From Welwitschia mirabilis (taxonomy: Eukaryota): 52,410 nt of DNA. Each line of letters begins with the position of its first letter. Position 1 is the first letter of the stretch. Shown here piece after piece: positions 14,101-27,742 of the stretch. The DNA is taken from NCBI GenBank assembly GCA_051453625.1, contig JBOZIK010000001.1:15635557-15687966 (forward strand), read 5' to 3'. Below the pieces are notes generated by a model that was not told where the DNA came from, ran no database searches, and saw nothing but the letters and a program-made list of their open reading frames with translations. A program made the translations under genes and the position numbers.

Positions 14101-15249
14101 ACCTCCATTAAATCTTATGAATGAACATATTCATCATTGACAATGATTTTTGTTTAATCCAATCATGAGTTATTAGAGTAGTTAAATCATGCTTGTGCAT
14201 ATTGGAAGTAATCCTTTAGAGATTATTATAAATTTTAAAAGGATTGAGCTAAACTTTGATAGGGTTGTTATTATGAATTATAGTAAAGTTAGAGGGCCTT
14301 TTAAGATAAAATCACAAAGGATGAAAGCATTAGAAGAGAAACGTTTCTAATAAGGAGATATGGTTAAAAGATCAAGTAAAGGCCAACTACCAATCCTAAT
14401 TAAATTCATTCCTTTAACATTAAATATGATAATTACATGCATGCTTCAGAAGATGCCCTAGCACATAGGAGATAATTCTAATAGGTTCAGGTCACTTTTT
14501 CAATAACTTTTGTATATAGAATAATCATTCAAATGGAATTCTAGGAGTTCACCCTATGAAATACAAAGTAGTAGGGGCCACTACAGGTTGTTGCAAGCAT
14601 GTTAGGAGACAATAACTATGATGAAATGGAGGAAGAAAATTCATTTTGGTGAAGGAAGAGATGAGTCTCTTAGAGTGATATATGCAAAAATGTTTAATTA
14701 AAATTAACCTCTTTTTTTCTAATCATGAATTTCTCATAGTAAATGATAGATGAATAAATAGAGGACTTTCTTAGTGGAAGAGTTAAAGGAATGCAGTGCA
14801 TAGATAGTAGTTCTACCTAGTGACAATCGCAACAATAGGTCTTTTGCTTGCATGTTTGTCCTACCCCCATATTATATTTTTGAAAGCTTTACTTTGTAGG
14901 TACTATAAATCTATAAAAAATTTTGACAATTATAACATAAGGGCACTAGAATCTAAAAAATAGGATACTACTCAAAAAAGAAAAATGAAGAGAAAGAGAG
15001 TAGGAAAGTCTAGTATGCTTCACAGAGAAGTGATTGCAAACTCTCCATTGATTTCATCTAAAAGTGGAGCAAACGAAAGGGGCATTACCATATGTAGATT
15101 TATCTCTATGAACTAGTAAGAGAAGATTACAAAAAATAAGAGGACCTAAAAAATAAGGATTTTTAAAAATCATAAAGTATCACATGCATCCATCCACTAA
15201 ACTCCATCTACTTAACATAATGTTTGACTAGTAAAACTTAGTCACTTCT

Positions 15250-16327
15250 TGTCTTTCTCAAATCCTATTAATCAAAATATATATATTACAAAATACACAC
15301 TCTAGTAGAAATGGAAGTGACCCAAATGTTGTAACTCATTGAAGACTTACAAGAAAATAATAAGAATTGATTTTTAAAGAGACTATGATAATCAAAACTT
15401 AAGAATAGTATAAGAAATAAAGATGTGATGTAATGCGAGTGCAACTAAATCTAAATTCAAGCAAAATGAATATAAAACTTATTTTTTCAGCCTTAATAAA
15501 AGCTTTTCTTAAGATCTATATCATCAATGAAACTATCACCAGATCAAGGACAATATAAACCATAAGGGAAATATAATAGAACTAAATGCATAATTGAAAT
15601 AGAGTTTTTATATTAAGATAGAACTAGCATATATATTATAAAATAGCCAATTCTAAATGGAGGATGCATAACACTTTACTAAGGAAACATCTTTTTGTAA
15701 CTCTTGAAATGGATCTCCAGCCTTTTAATCTACTATTATAAGAATGTTTAGTGCAAATGAAGATGGAGAGGAGAGTCGAAGAGAGGTCTTACTTATAGGA
15801 TTAAGAAGTAAAACTGATGCATAAAAGGTACTGAAAAATGTGATTAATTACAAGAAAAAATAGTAAAAACCGACAAAGATTAGCTTGTTGTTACAAGTGT
15901 TATCATGATTATTATGGAGACAACTAAGGGATGATGGATTAAATGTTACATCTGTCATCCTGCATGTTGTGAAGATAATAATGGGGATAAAACCCCTTTA
16001 TAAAAGATGACTTAGTAGTACTAGTTCTAGTCCATGTTAGCATCCAATGTGGAATTTATAGTATTGTCATATTACTTGTCATGGGGATGACAGTCTTCTT
16101 TGTTCTTCTAACTTGATAGAAGCTATCCTTTTTCATCAGTGATCTTCCTCTAAATCCATGTGTATTAAAATGTATCTTAAATGCCTCTAATCATGCTAGG
16201 AATTACACATTTCTAAGATCTTTTGTCAATTCTTCATAATCCTTAAAATTACATCTAAACCTACATAAATGTCTTGCAAAATAGCTCATAACACCCCATC
16301 GAATACACATAATTTGTCAATGTATCA
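15250..16327 (-). repeat. 3' LTR of a small internally deleted Athila-like element
   Basis: Colinear direct repeat of 17545-18637. Its right end TGTATCA is followed by TAGCCTTCCATTTAGCCTTTATCAGTCCCTAAT (reverse-complement PPT region). The left end is eroded. Confidence 0.85.
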
Positions 16328-17544
16328 TAGCCTTCCATTTAGCCTTTATCAGTCCCTAATAGAAACTAGGTAAACAACTATAATTGTGACCAAATTTTCT
16401 TAAAAACATTAATTTGAAAATTATAAAAATAAGCTCATAAATAGTCTCAAGCACATCACATAGCGAAATATCATGTAACGCATCATGTGTATGGAGTGAA
16501 AATTTCAAAAATTATATCTTATAAAAGCTCTAAAATAATTCGAAAAATTATGAAAATAAGCTATGTAAATTAGTCCTATCCTCCCCTAAGCAAAACAATA
16601 CTCCTGTATTGGCTAATGAAATAAAGAAAGAAAATGGAAATGAAAAGGTAGATGATGAATTCTTTTGAATTTGGAAAACTCTCTGAATTAAGTGTAAATC
16701 TAAGTGTAGAAATATCAAATTTAAAAAATAGAGATCTATGAAATATTCTAACAAGAATGAAAAAAGTAGTAAGTAAAAATATATTAATTAGGATGAATGA
16801 ATGCCCAGTAAATATGCTATCACAAAATGATTAAGAGCAGTGTTTATAACTCCAAGAGACTAGAGATTGTTTTTTTTATTTTATTTCAAAGTCAACCAGT
16901 CCTTCTCTAATGTTTTCTTCTATTAATATCCTTTCTCTTTGATATTTCTTTCTTTAATTAACCATGTCATAGAATTCTGCAAATAGAAAACAATAGAAAA
17001 TAAAGTAAAAAATAACTAACAGTGGTCCTAACTATCATAGGGATGATAGAGGGAATAACAAAAGTAGAAAGTAGAAATAAAGAATAGAATTTTAGTAGAA
17101 ATCTAAAAGCTAAAAAATAGGTTATCATCCTTTTGGTCATGTGGACAACATAGGGAATAACGAAAAACTAATTATTACTAACTAAAAAATGCTATAATCT
17201 AAAATAGAAGAGTAAAATCATAGGCTATCATCCACGTGTCATGGAAATGATAGAGGAGATGAAAGTTATTTTACTACTAATTAAGACTAAAAGAAAAACT
17301 CACATATATAAAGTAAACTACAAAAATAGTATCATCATTCTTAGTGTCATGGAGACAATAGACAGGATGATAAGTTGTTATTATAAAAAATGAAAGAAAA
17401 AATACAAGCTAAAAACACACAAATCCTAATTAAGAAATACAATATCACTATAGATAAGAAACCAAAAAAAAAATCTAATTTACTTCCTTAAACAATGACA
17501 ATCCTCATGCTCCTCAATAATCTTCTCCAACAATAGCATTAAGA

Positions 17545-18637
17545 TGTTATTGTGTGTATTTATGCAACTTTTTATTCTTATCAAATCCTATTAATCAAAA
17601 TATATAGAATGCAAAATACACACTCTAATATGAATGGGAGTGATCCAAATGTTATAACTCATTGAAGATTTACAAGAAAAGAATCAGAAATGATTTTCTA
17701 GGAGAATATTGTAACTAAAACTTAAGAACAGTATAGGAAATAAAGATGTGATGTAATGCGAGTGAAACTAAATCTAAATGCAATGTAAAATAAATCTAAA
17801 ACTACTTCTTTAGCTTTAACAAAAGTTGTTCTTAAACCTATATTATTAGTAAAACTGTCACTGGATTAAGAAAAATGTAAACCATAAGAGAAATATAAGA
17901 AAACTAAATGCACAATTGAAATAGAGTTTTTATATTAAGATAGAACTAGCATCTGGGTTATAAAATAGCTAAGCCTTAATGAAGGATGCAAGCCCTTTAT
18001 CAACGAAATGTCTTTCGGTAAGTCTTGAGATGGATTTCCAGCCCTTCAATCTCCTTTCACAAGAATGTCTGGCGCAAATAAAGATGGAGAAAAGAGTTAA
18101 ATGTGGGTTTTATTTATAGGGTTAAGAATCAAAACTAATGCATAAAAGGCACTATAATATGTGCTTAATTATAAGAAAGAAATAAACAAAATACAGATAG
18201 GTCAATTAGCAATTACAAGTGTCATCCCAATTATCATGGGAATGACCAAGGGGATGATGGATTAAATGTTACATTGGTTGTCTTACATGTCATAGGGACA
18301 ATCATGGGGATGACATCCCTTTATAAAATATGACTCAATAGTACCAGTTCTAGTCCATGTCAGCATCTAATGTGGCATCTACAGTGTTGTTGTCCTACTT
18401 GTAGGGGGGACAACATAGGGGATGATAGTCTTATTTGTCCTTCTAACTTAAGAGAAGTTAGCCTTTTTCATCAGTGATCTTCCTCCAAAGCCATGGGTAT
18501 TAGAATGTGTCTTAAATGCTTCTAATCATCCCTAGAATTGCAAATTTCTAAGATATTTCATCAATTCTCCATAATCCTTAGAATTACATCTAAACCTCTA
18601 TAAATGTCTTACAAAGTAGCTATTAACATCCCATCAA
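17545..18637 (-). repeat. 5' LTR of the small Athila-like element (right end truncated)
   Basis: TGTTATTGTGTGTATTTATGCAAC start after the PBS relic. It aligns with 15250-16300 (e.g. TCAAATCCTATTAATCAAAATATATA; AAATAAAGATGTGATGTAATGCGAGTG). Confidence 0.85.
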
Positions 18638-19118
18638 GTAGTTCATCACTCTTCTATTATGGTATCCTAATAAATGCCATTTTAAACATAATCACCTTTG
18701 GTCTACATTAAGGAGAGAAGTCCATCAAAGTGATGAGCACCATAGAAACTCTTAGTAAAATGTTTGTATCCTTTGTTACTTAGATGTTTTACTTAATGTA
18801 ACTCTTAACTTGGTTTACTTATATTTTATATGCTTTTTATCTAACTCTCATTTCAAAATACTTTTATTAATTCTTTTGTATCATGTCCGAATAGCATGAG
18901 AACATGTAATTCATTTATCTTATTATTAGTAGCTAAGACAGATGATTTAACATCATTAAAAAGAGGTATTGAATCTTATCTAGGAATAACTTTACAACCT
19001 AAAATGTTTATTTATCTTATTCAACTAATATCTCAACCTATACTATGATGTTAAAATGTATAATGGTTTTACAACAATTATTCTTAGTGAAATTATAACC
19101 TAGGATCTAATACCAAAA
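18638..19118 (-). mobile_element. 5' internal fragment of a chromovirus (Tekay-like) element with tRNA-iMet PBS
   Basis: GATCTAATACCA at 19104-19115 is a decayed reverse complement of TGGTATCAGAGC. A weak gag zinc-knuckle-like relic lies near 18650-18750. Confidence 0.5.
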
Positions 19119-19709
19119 TGTGACATCCAAAATTTATTACCACCAAGATCTTCACACAATGATCTAATACCAAAATGTGATGTCTTAAATCTACATCCAA
19201 ATTTACATCTAGAATGATTTTTTAGAAGCATAATAAACCATGTTCACTCTAGATGTTATTGAAATTAGCATCTCATAACTCAAGTCATAAATCTCTTCAT
19301 ATTAAACACTAAGGTGTAGATATAATTATATTCTTTAATAAAGATAATTTCTAATAATTCATAATATTTTTACAAAATAAGTAAATACATTCAATATGTA
19401 GCTTGTGAAACATCTTTATTACAAAATACAAGCTTGAGTATTACAACATAATAACTAATAACAAATAGGCACAAGTCTCTAGAACACACATGATCCTATA
19501 ACAAAATATGAAAACATGTAGATGAAACCTAGTTGCATGCAATCGTTAGCTCCTTTTTAGCATCATCTTTTGTAGTGATTGCTATAGATGTAAGTATAAT
19601 GTGAGAATTTTAACCATAGTAGTTCCTAGTATGACCCAGGACAAGGAATAAATAGGTATAGGATTCCCAAGTATAAGTAAGGAATTATAAGAATATCTAA
19701 CATGCATTA

Positions 19710-19850
19710 CCAAAATAATCCAAGCTACAATATCAAAATAATCCAAGATGTATAGTGAGAATAATCTAAGAGTACAATCTGAAAATAATCCAAGATGGGA
19801 TCAAGAATAATCCAATAATGTAATGCCAAAATAATTCAAGATGTTATTAA
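19710..19850. repeat. Tandem ~23 bp repeat, about 6 copies (core AATAATCCAAG)
   Basis: CAAAATAATCCAAG, CAAAATAATCCAAG, GAGAATAATCTAAG, GAAAATAATCCAAG, AAGAATAATCCAAT, CAAAATAATTCAAG. Confidence 0.85.
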
Positions 19851-19892
19851 GACCTTAATTTCATATTATATTCTTTGCTATTATTTCATAAC

Positions 19893-20023
19893 AAATTTAA
19901 GTAATTTAGTTACACACCACTAGAGGGAACAATTTTTCCCCTTTACTTTATAGAGGTAAATGTAAGTAATCTAGTTATACACCATCTAAGGGGACTTTTT
20001 TTTTACCTTTACTCTCTGGAGGT
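19893..20023. repeat. Tandem ~65 bp duplication inside the LTR
   Basis: AAATTTAAGTAATTTAGTTACACACCAC...CCTTTACTTTATAGAGGT followed by AAATGTAAGTAATCTAGTTATACACCAT...CCTTTACTCTCTGGAGGT. Confidence 0.8.
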
Positions 20024-21293
20024 TTGGTCCCCTTGCTTTTAGACTTATAACAAAGAGTATCAATCTCTGAAGCTTGAATAACTAGTTATCCTAGCTATTT
20101 TATTTTTCATAAATTTTACATAACACAAGTCATTAGTTAGTCACAAGATAATCTCAAGATGGCTCAAAAGGGTAATTTACAAGACTCAGTTAAAAATAAT
20201 TATCAACAAAAAGAAATGCAAAAAGAGGTTTGAAATTATGTAAAAAATTAAAAATATTTAATAATCATATAAGATGTAAAAATTTAAATAAGGCCATACA
20301 AAGATGCAAGAATGAAAGACAATTTAAAGATGTAAAAAATAAAAAACATACAAGAAAATAAATGAATCCATGAACCATAGCTGAATTAGATGAAGGTTTT
20401 GTGAACTTTTGAGGAATTTAAGACTTTTAAAGATTTTAAGACTCTAATGCTTTTAAAGTTTTAAGTTCTAAAATAGCCAAGATATAATAATAAAGGATTT
20501 CTTATAACTAGACAAATGAAAGGAGAAGAAAGTCTTATTGATAGCAAGAGAATGTAGGGATATGAAGAGACATAAGAATATGAAGAAACATCATCATGAA
20601 AAGCAGATTGTAAGATCATAAGAATTCCATAATCTCTAATCATGACCTTGCTTGACTAGTGGATGCATTAATATTTCATCATAATAATAAATAATAAATG
20701 TTCAACATTCCACTACTTGCAATTATTATAATGAAGAATTAAAATAAGTCACTTAGTAGGTAATTCTAGTAGCTACATAAAAATATTTTTCATAATGAAT
20801 AAATTTTAAATAAAGTAAAGTGCAACATCATAATTATGGGTGTTACTTAGCATGCACTACTCAAATAAAATATTAAAATAAGTTTGCATAATGCATTCTA
20901 ATAATTATAATCATTACAAGAGTCTCTTTGCATGCATAAAAATAAGAAATAAGAAAATATAATAGTCATGATACATTAGTGTAATAGTTACAAAAAGAAA
21001 ATAAAATAATATAACCACTAATTTACCCACTAAATATTATAATTAAATAACCAAGAAATTAAAATAAAAATAATATTATTAATTGTATCTATTACAAGAA
21101 AGAAAACACTTAAAATAATAATTATAGCATAACAAATTTCCATTAGATTATCACATCTCAAATAATAAGATAATAGATAAAGAATCTAGCAATTATCTTA
21201 GCTAAGTAGGTCCCACCAGACTTAAATTATTTTTTAAGTTTTATTTAACTAATTAGACTAAATCTTTGAATGTTTAAAAATTTGGATGTGACA

Positions 21294-23030
21294 ATAAGTA
21301 TCATGTAGTGTTTACATATTTAGTCCAAAAGTTATATGTTATCTTTTGATCATGTAGTATTATTTGTATTATTTTGTTTAACTATTTGTTCTTGCACTCA
21401 TCTAATCCATTCTGTTATGGTATCCTTGGTATAGAAAATTAACAATGAATTCCATGTTACTCATAAAAATCCTTAAAGGATTAATCTATGAATTCTTCAT
21501 TATCACTTTTACTAAACTTTAGATGATATCCCTTCTTATTTTGCAATGTAATACATAGCTTTATAAAATAGTCAAATATGCAAGAAGGACTACTAATGTG
21601 CTTTAAAAGAAATCATCAATAATAGTAAGATAATATCTTTTTCTCCTAAGACTCTCTATTTATAAAGGCCTACAATATCTAGATGTAAACTATATAATGG
21701 ATAAGAGATAGATAGTGAAGTTTTCTTATGAAATTCTCTACTCTTTTTGGTAATAATTTTAAAGTTGTTTAATAAAACTATTAAAATTAAGAATTTATCT
21801 TATTAATTTTTTAGTTGATAAGTTTTCATTAGCTTCATAATTTACCTATAGCATTAAGAAAACACTTTACATCCTCATTACTAATAGTACTATGCAACGT
21901 AACATAGACATTGTCCTTTCTATGATTAATGAATAATATTTTATTTATAATACAAATATTCTTTAAAAATGTAACTTCAAAATTTAAATTACATAGTTGA
22001 CTTTTACTTAGTAAATTATGTTGTAATCTGTCTACTTAGAAAACATTCTTTACCTCAAGAAGGTTCTCACCTTCTATAGCATTAATGCCTCTAATCGATA
22101 CCTAATTATTGTCTTCCACATATGTGACTTAATGATATTTTTTAACTAGATTATTGAGAACTATTTTATCTCTAATCATGTACCTAAATCATCCATTGTC
22201 TATCTACAAAATGTTGTTTTTCATAGGCCCAAGTGTGATTGAGCAAGGAGAGCATAACTGTGCTACTTTTGTACGCATTTCTTCTTATAGCTTTTTTGCA
22301 TAGATTTCTTAATCCATCTCTTTGTATTTTGGTCATGATTAGTGTAATAATATTTATTAAAGTCTAATGGACAATAATTCTTATAGTATTCTCTTCTTTA
22401 ATAGTATAGAAAATAATATTATTCTCATGCATTAGATAGTCATTTCTTATCTTATACCTCTAATTTGTAAAGGTTTTTAAAGTATCACTTTGTAATTATC
22501 CTATTAAAACTTCATTTTTATCTAGACCATTTCTATCATTTAATTTTATTTCTTCCCTAAGCATGTTACTTAATGTCCTCTCACCTTGGATGAATTTTCA
22601 TTAATATACTTGTCATTCTGTAGTTTCTATTTCACTTTCTTCAAGTCAACTAGTACTCTGCTAATGTCATCCTTAAGGGAAAGTTATCAACTTAGAATAA
22701 GAGATCTTTTATTGTTTCTAGGCTAACTCATGACTATTTAGGATCTTTTTTATTTTGGTATTTATATTTTATAAATTAGTAAACTCTTTCCTAAGTAAAT
22801 CATTCATTTCTTGAAGAGTTAATTTAGCTTCTTAAGTACTTATATTTTAACTATCATAAATAATTAATGGGTATTACTATTATCATCATTTGAGACTTAC
22901 TACTCCTTCACATCTTCATCATCATCCTAGCTAGCATAGAAGTTTTGATTCCTTCTAAAATCTTTATTTTCGTTCTTATTCTATGTTATATTAGTACTTA
23001 AGCATTCTGAGATAAGATGACTTATAACCC
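21294..23030 (-). mobile_element. Ty1/copia (SIRE-like) fragment: end of gag zinc knuckle, protease, integrase
   Basis: Minus strand reads SHLISEC (knuckle end, ~23000-23030), *IDNG*FRYM (= WxDSGCSRHM, ~22175-22205), YYLTIIDDF (~21612-21638) and GIHC*FSIPRIP*QNG (~21405-21455). Confidence 0.85.
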
Positions 23031-24430
23031 TACCAACATGTAAAATTTGACATTTACCTCAAGTATATCAAGCTAACGTATCATAATGAGAACTTACTTT
23101 AATCAATTTAATCGAAAAAATATGTCTTTATTCGTTTTCTATGCCATAATTAATCTTATGCATTTCTCCATAACATTTTTAGGAACTTAGTAGGATTTTG
23201 AAGAGTGTGATATAAAATGGAGCTAAATGAGTAGAAAACATCAGTGGTTCCAATTACTTATACTATGGCACTAGTTATTTGATGAAATTTACCTTTAAAA
23301 TTATGTTCTGAAACTATCATGGAAAAGTGATCAATTTTTTATTTTTGGCTTTGTTGGGTATTACACTAAAGATAATTATTATCTATAATGGTATGTGAAA
23401 ATTGTACTAGAAGATGTATGGTAACATGTGGTACTAACATGTGGTGGTGACATTGGAGATACATGATGATAGCACCAATTAGTAGAGGGATCATGATTCA
23501 AAGGCCAAGTGTTAAAACTCATAATAATAATATTCATCAAACACTATAAAACAAAGGATCCAACCATTCTAGCTAATGCTACATAATAAAAAATTATAAT
23601 TAGGAACCTAATACTAAAATCCAAAGATCTCAACCACCCTAATATTGTCATTTCTTATAAAAGAGATAAGCTTCCCTTATTGTAATGCAACCTTGGCAGT
23701 AAAAACTTTAGATTAAAGCATTCTTCATCATGTTTTTCTAAGATTTTTCTTTAGGAGTGGACTAGCTTCAAGGCTAACTTTGAAAATTCTATATCAATCT
23801 TACCTTATTCCTTCAATGTAATGTAATTCTTCTTTTTCATGAAATAGTAGTTATTCATTCTTGATTTTGAGTTATAGTTAACCTTGTATTTTTAATGCTT
23901 AAGTGAGACTATATTATTAAGTTATTTTATTATTGAGTAAGTTCCCTAAGCTTAATTTTTTATTGTAGTTATTTCATTTGATAGATCTTAAGCACATTCT
24001 TTCTTACTTTCTATGCTTATGAAAGGCTATAAAGAACCAAAGTGACTAAGGAATTTACTAACACACATGTGATGAACAAGACCATATCACCATGACTAAA
24101 GCCATCACAACTTATTAATTAATCTTTGTTTTAGAAAGTTATAGGATATTATTAAAGTAAAGGTTTATTGTTGGATGATTCAAGATAAACCCTTGGAGTT
24201 AGTTTATTTTCCTACTTTTTCATTCAAGTTCAACTCATCAAAATCTCAATTTTTGAAATTTATTTTTTAAACCATTGCATGTTAAGAAATATTTGTATTG
24301 TACCTGATAAGTCTTCTATCTTAATTTACTCCTATGGAAAGAATGACATTGGGACTCTACTACAATGAGGATTCTCACTGATAAATTATAAAATACAAAT
24401 AGGAATAACTTTTTAGTTACATCACTCAAA
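23031..24430 (+). repeat. 5' LTR of the outer gypsy element
   Basis: Colinear with 34497-36290 (TTTCTATGCCATAxTTAATCTTATGCATTT; TAACATGTGGTxxTAACATGTGGTGGT; GAAATxGTAGTTATTCATTCTT). Confidence 0.85.
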
Positions 24431-27400
24431 ATAATGGCATGGCAGCTTCACAGAAGGTGTATGATCTTTTCTCTTTTCTAATTTCTAGTTTATATTTTTA
24501 GTTTTTTGGCACTTTTGTTAGTACTATTTCTTCTAGTGATACCCAAACCAGTCCATTTTCTTTTGGGTTTTCTATTTTATTTTTATACTTTCTAGTAGCA
24601 GGTATTGGTTCATTTCTAGTGATACCTAAACTAGTTCATTTTCTAGGTTTTATTAAGTTTTTTTAATCCTAAAAATAATTTCTATATCATATCTTTTCTA
24701 GTTGTATGTCTAACAAAATTTTTGTAGATCTAATGAAATTCTTATAAGTATAATGAATTTTGTATAGGTTTGCAACCCAAACAAGGATTTAAAAAATGAA
24801 ACATTAAAAAACTAATAAAAATTCATCATTCCATTTTTTCCTTCTTTTCATTTATTCATTTTTATAGTAGATTTATCTCTTGGTTTTCTATGAAATTTAG
24901 ATTCTATTAGTTTTTTAAAGTTTTTATTTCCCTTAATTCTTTATTTTTATTTATACTTTTATTTCATTCTTTATTTTTATTTTTTGTGATCTATTATGTA
25001 AATTAGTTTACATAGTTAAGAACATAATACTTATCTTTTTTTGAGCTTCATGAATTTGTAGCTTATAATTGATTTAAATCATTTGTTAAACCCCTTGAAA
25101 CTTTTTTTCTAATATCATACCCCTCTTGAAACCTCTCAGATTAAACATGGTTTGAAAATGTGGTCCTTTAGGTAGGCTGTATGAAATTCTATATGAAATT
25201 CAAATAGAGTCTAATGTTGAAAGTACATATATTTATGGAATCTATAATTTTGCTGATTGTATTAAATCTAAGTAAAATGTAGGATATTATTTTCAACCTT
25301 AGGAAACTATAAGGGATTTCATTTAATCTAAATACTTAGATACCCTTCATGTTTTTTTCAACCTTCTAATACACATAGATTAGATTCTTACTAAGAGAAT
25401 TGTAAATATTCACCTTCAACCATCCCTTATAATCCTCATCCCTTAACACTTTATCAATATCCTTTATTCTCATATCCTGTACCTTCTTTTTCAATCAATA
25501 CCCTTCATCTTATGTTTCATATCCTTCATTATTTTACCAATGCTCTTTGCCTTCTTTCTTGCATCATTCATATTTTCATCCATAGACTTAACATTTTGAT
25601 AATCATTGCCCTATCTTAAATTTTTTAGAGGCGATCCTACAAAGATTTTTAGAATCCATAGTGAAAATTCTTAATACCCCATTAATCCTTTCTTAATCTA
25701 ATTAATGTTAGTTAGAGGATATGTTTATGAAAGATACTTAAGCTATATCCTTTAGTATTAAGAAAGAACATAATGAGAAGCTATAATTTAAGTAATTACA
25801 TGAGGAGGAGTCACTTAACTAATCTAAAAAATAAAGGATTTATATATTTCATGAACCTAATCTTATAAGTCTTGAAAACCTTGAAATAATTAAGGATAGT
25901 AAAATATTTGATATCCAAATGATATTGTTTAAGAATGAGATTGAAACTAATCAGAACCTAGAGGATGAGCATTTAGTATAGGATGAGAGACCATTTAGAA
26001 AGTGTCCTACATTCTAGAAGAGTCATATATTCAAAGAAAATGAGGATTAATTAAATAATAATAAATATACAAACATCAACAAATAACCCATCCATCATCC
26101 ATCATATGTGAAATTCATGCCTTATTTTTAACATTTTCATGAGCCAAATGTTTCTATCTTAGCTCTGTCTTTTAAGCAAGATTTAAGATTTAACAAAGAA
26201 GACAAAGTCTCCTTAGATTTGGAATCACTTTCTAATTCTTTTGATGAATAACCATATTTAGTAATGGTATTCAACTTATCTTTGTCTTCTCCTAAAGGTA
26301 ATGTTTTGTAAAAATTGTTGAGAAAGTAAAAACAAGGTAAAGGATGAATCATGTCTAATCTTAAATGAATAGACTTTATTATTTATATTAATATTTTTAT
26401 GTGTTAAGATTTGCATGAATTCTCTCCTAGTTTAAAATGCTTCACATAATCTTAACCATCACCTCATGCTTCTTTCAAATCCATAAGTCTTCAGTTGATA
26501 CATTACATTGAAAAACCCTTTTTAAAAATTTTAGTTTTCTTTTATGATTCTAGATTATATTTTATTTTAGTTAGATTTAAGAAAGAAATTTAAAAAAAAA
26601 AAGATTTTTTTTATGGTCTTCCCCCACCCAAGCACTACCATTTGTCTAATCATTATCTTAAGTGATTCCACTTAGGAAATCCAAACTTTTACTTATTCCA
26701 TAGAATAAGCCATCATTGTCATAAACCTTACGATCCATCCTTTTCAAGTTGACTTTATTTCATAAGGCTAACTGATCATCCTGCCTTTTCATACATTTAT
26801 GAGTTTCTAATACTTAATGACTCAGTTTGATAACCTTTAATAATTAATTCCATAATAAGTGATCTTTTTGTTAGTACAAGCTTAAGTAGAATTTAATCAC
26901 ACTTGTATTATTCAAGAAAAGGTTTTCTTAGTTTTGATTTATCTTGTTAAGGTTAGTTTCACTTAAGGTCTCCAATTTTAAAAAATATGAATCAAAAAGG
27001 TGGAATCTACTTTCATATTATACTTTTGTTTTCAAGCATTTTATGGGAATAAGATGATTCTTAATTAGGCTAATGCACTAATGACTTCTCTTATGTGCAT
27101 TTGGAAAAAAAAAGGAAAAGAAAATGTAAATATAAGAAGTAGAATCAAAATAAAATATAATATCTCTTCTTCAAAAGTACATTTTATTTTGATCAATCTA
27201 TTTGATATAATTAACTACATCATGGTTATGGACTCTTACTAGTAATGTAACTCTAATGATTTATTTATGACATGATCAATTGCAGTGATGATATAAATGT
27301 TCATTAGCAATGTAGTAGTAATTTCTTTAAGAAACAACATGCTTAATTGTTTTGGAAGAAAATGTCATAACACTAGATGCTCAATGTTATCTAAATGCTT

Positions 27401-27742
27401 AAAACAAGATATATGTATGATTATGGAAAAGGAAAATTATGGAAATAAAATGTAGGAATTGAAGATTTTCTTGTGTTCACTTTTCTTAACATTTATACTT
27501 GAGAATTTTTTTACTAATTTTTGAAATTTTAAAGTTAATTAATGAATAACTTATTTACTTGACATTTTAGTCCATTAAAATAAAAAACAAAGTCATAAAA
27601 AATCTTAATAACTAGGCCATTAGCTTTGGAAGTTTATCTCTCATCTTCATAGGTTATTTAGATTAATGTTTATTTCCATTATCATGCATTGTAATAACAA
27701 CCCTATTTGTAATAATTTTTCATCAGTTAGTGCAAATCCATG

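Larger units (their letters stand above)
15250..18637 (-). mobile_element. Non-autonomous Athila-like LTR element: two ~1.1 kb LTRs around ~1.2 kb non-coding internal sequence
   Basis: LTR pair, PPT at ~16328-16360 and decayed PBS (CTCCAACAATAGCATTAAGA, ~17525-17544). No gag or pol motifs are recognisable between them. Confidence 0.75.
19119..21293 (-). repeat. ~2.2 kb LTR, Tekay/Del-like
   Basis: Terminal inverted repeat TGTGACATCC...GGATGTGACA, adjacent Met PBS, and internal tandem subrepeats. It abuts copia integrase sequence at 21294. Confidence 0.75.

Noticed and set aside
14900-15240. FLDSSA on the minus strand as the Tekay protease continuing left of the 15.2-18.6 kb insertion
   Set aside because: The position is plausible, but a single short motif is too weak to annotate.
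19710-19850. Regularly spaced short repeats resembling a CRISPR array
   Set aside because: The period is only ~23 bp, the units are degenerate, it lies inside a plant LTR, and there are no cas genes.
24430-27742. Possible env-like or extra ORF in the outer Athila internal region
   Set aside because: All frames are heavily interrupted and no motif could be recognised.
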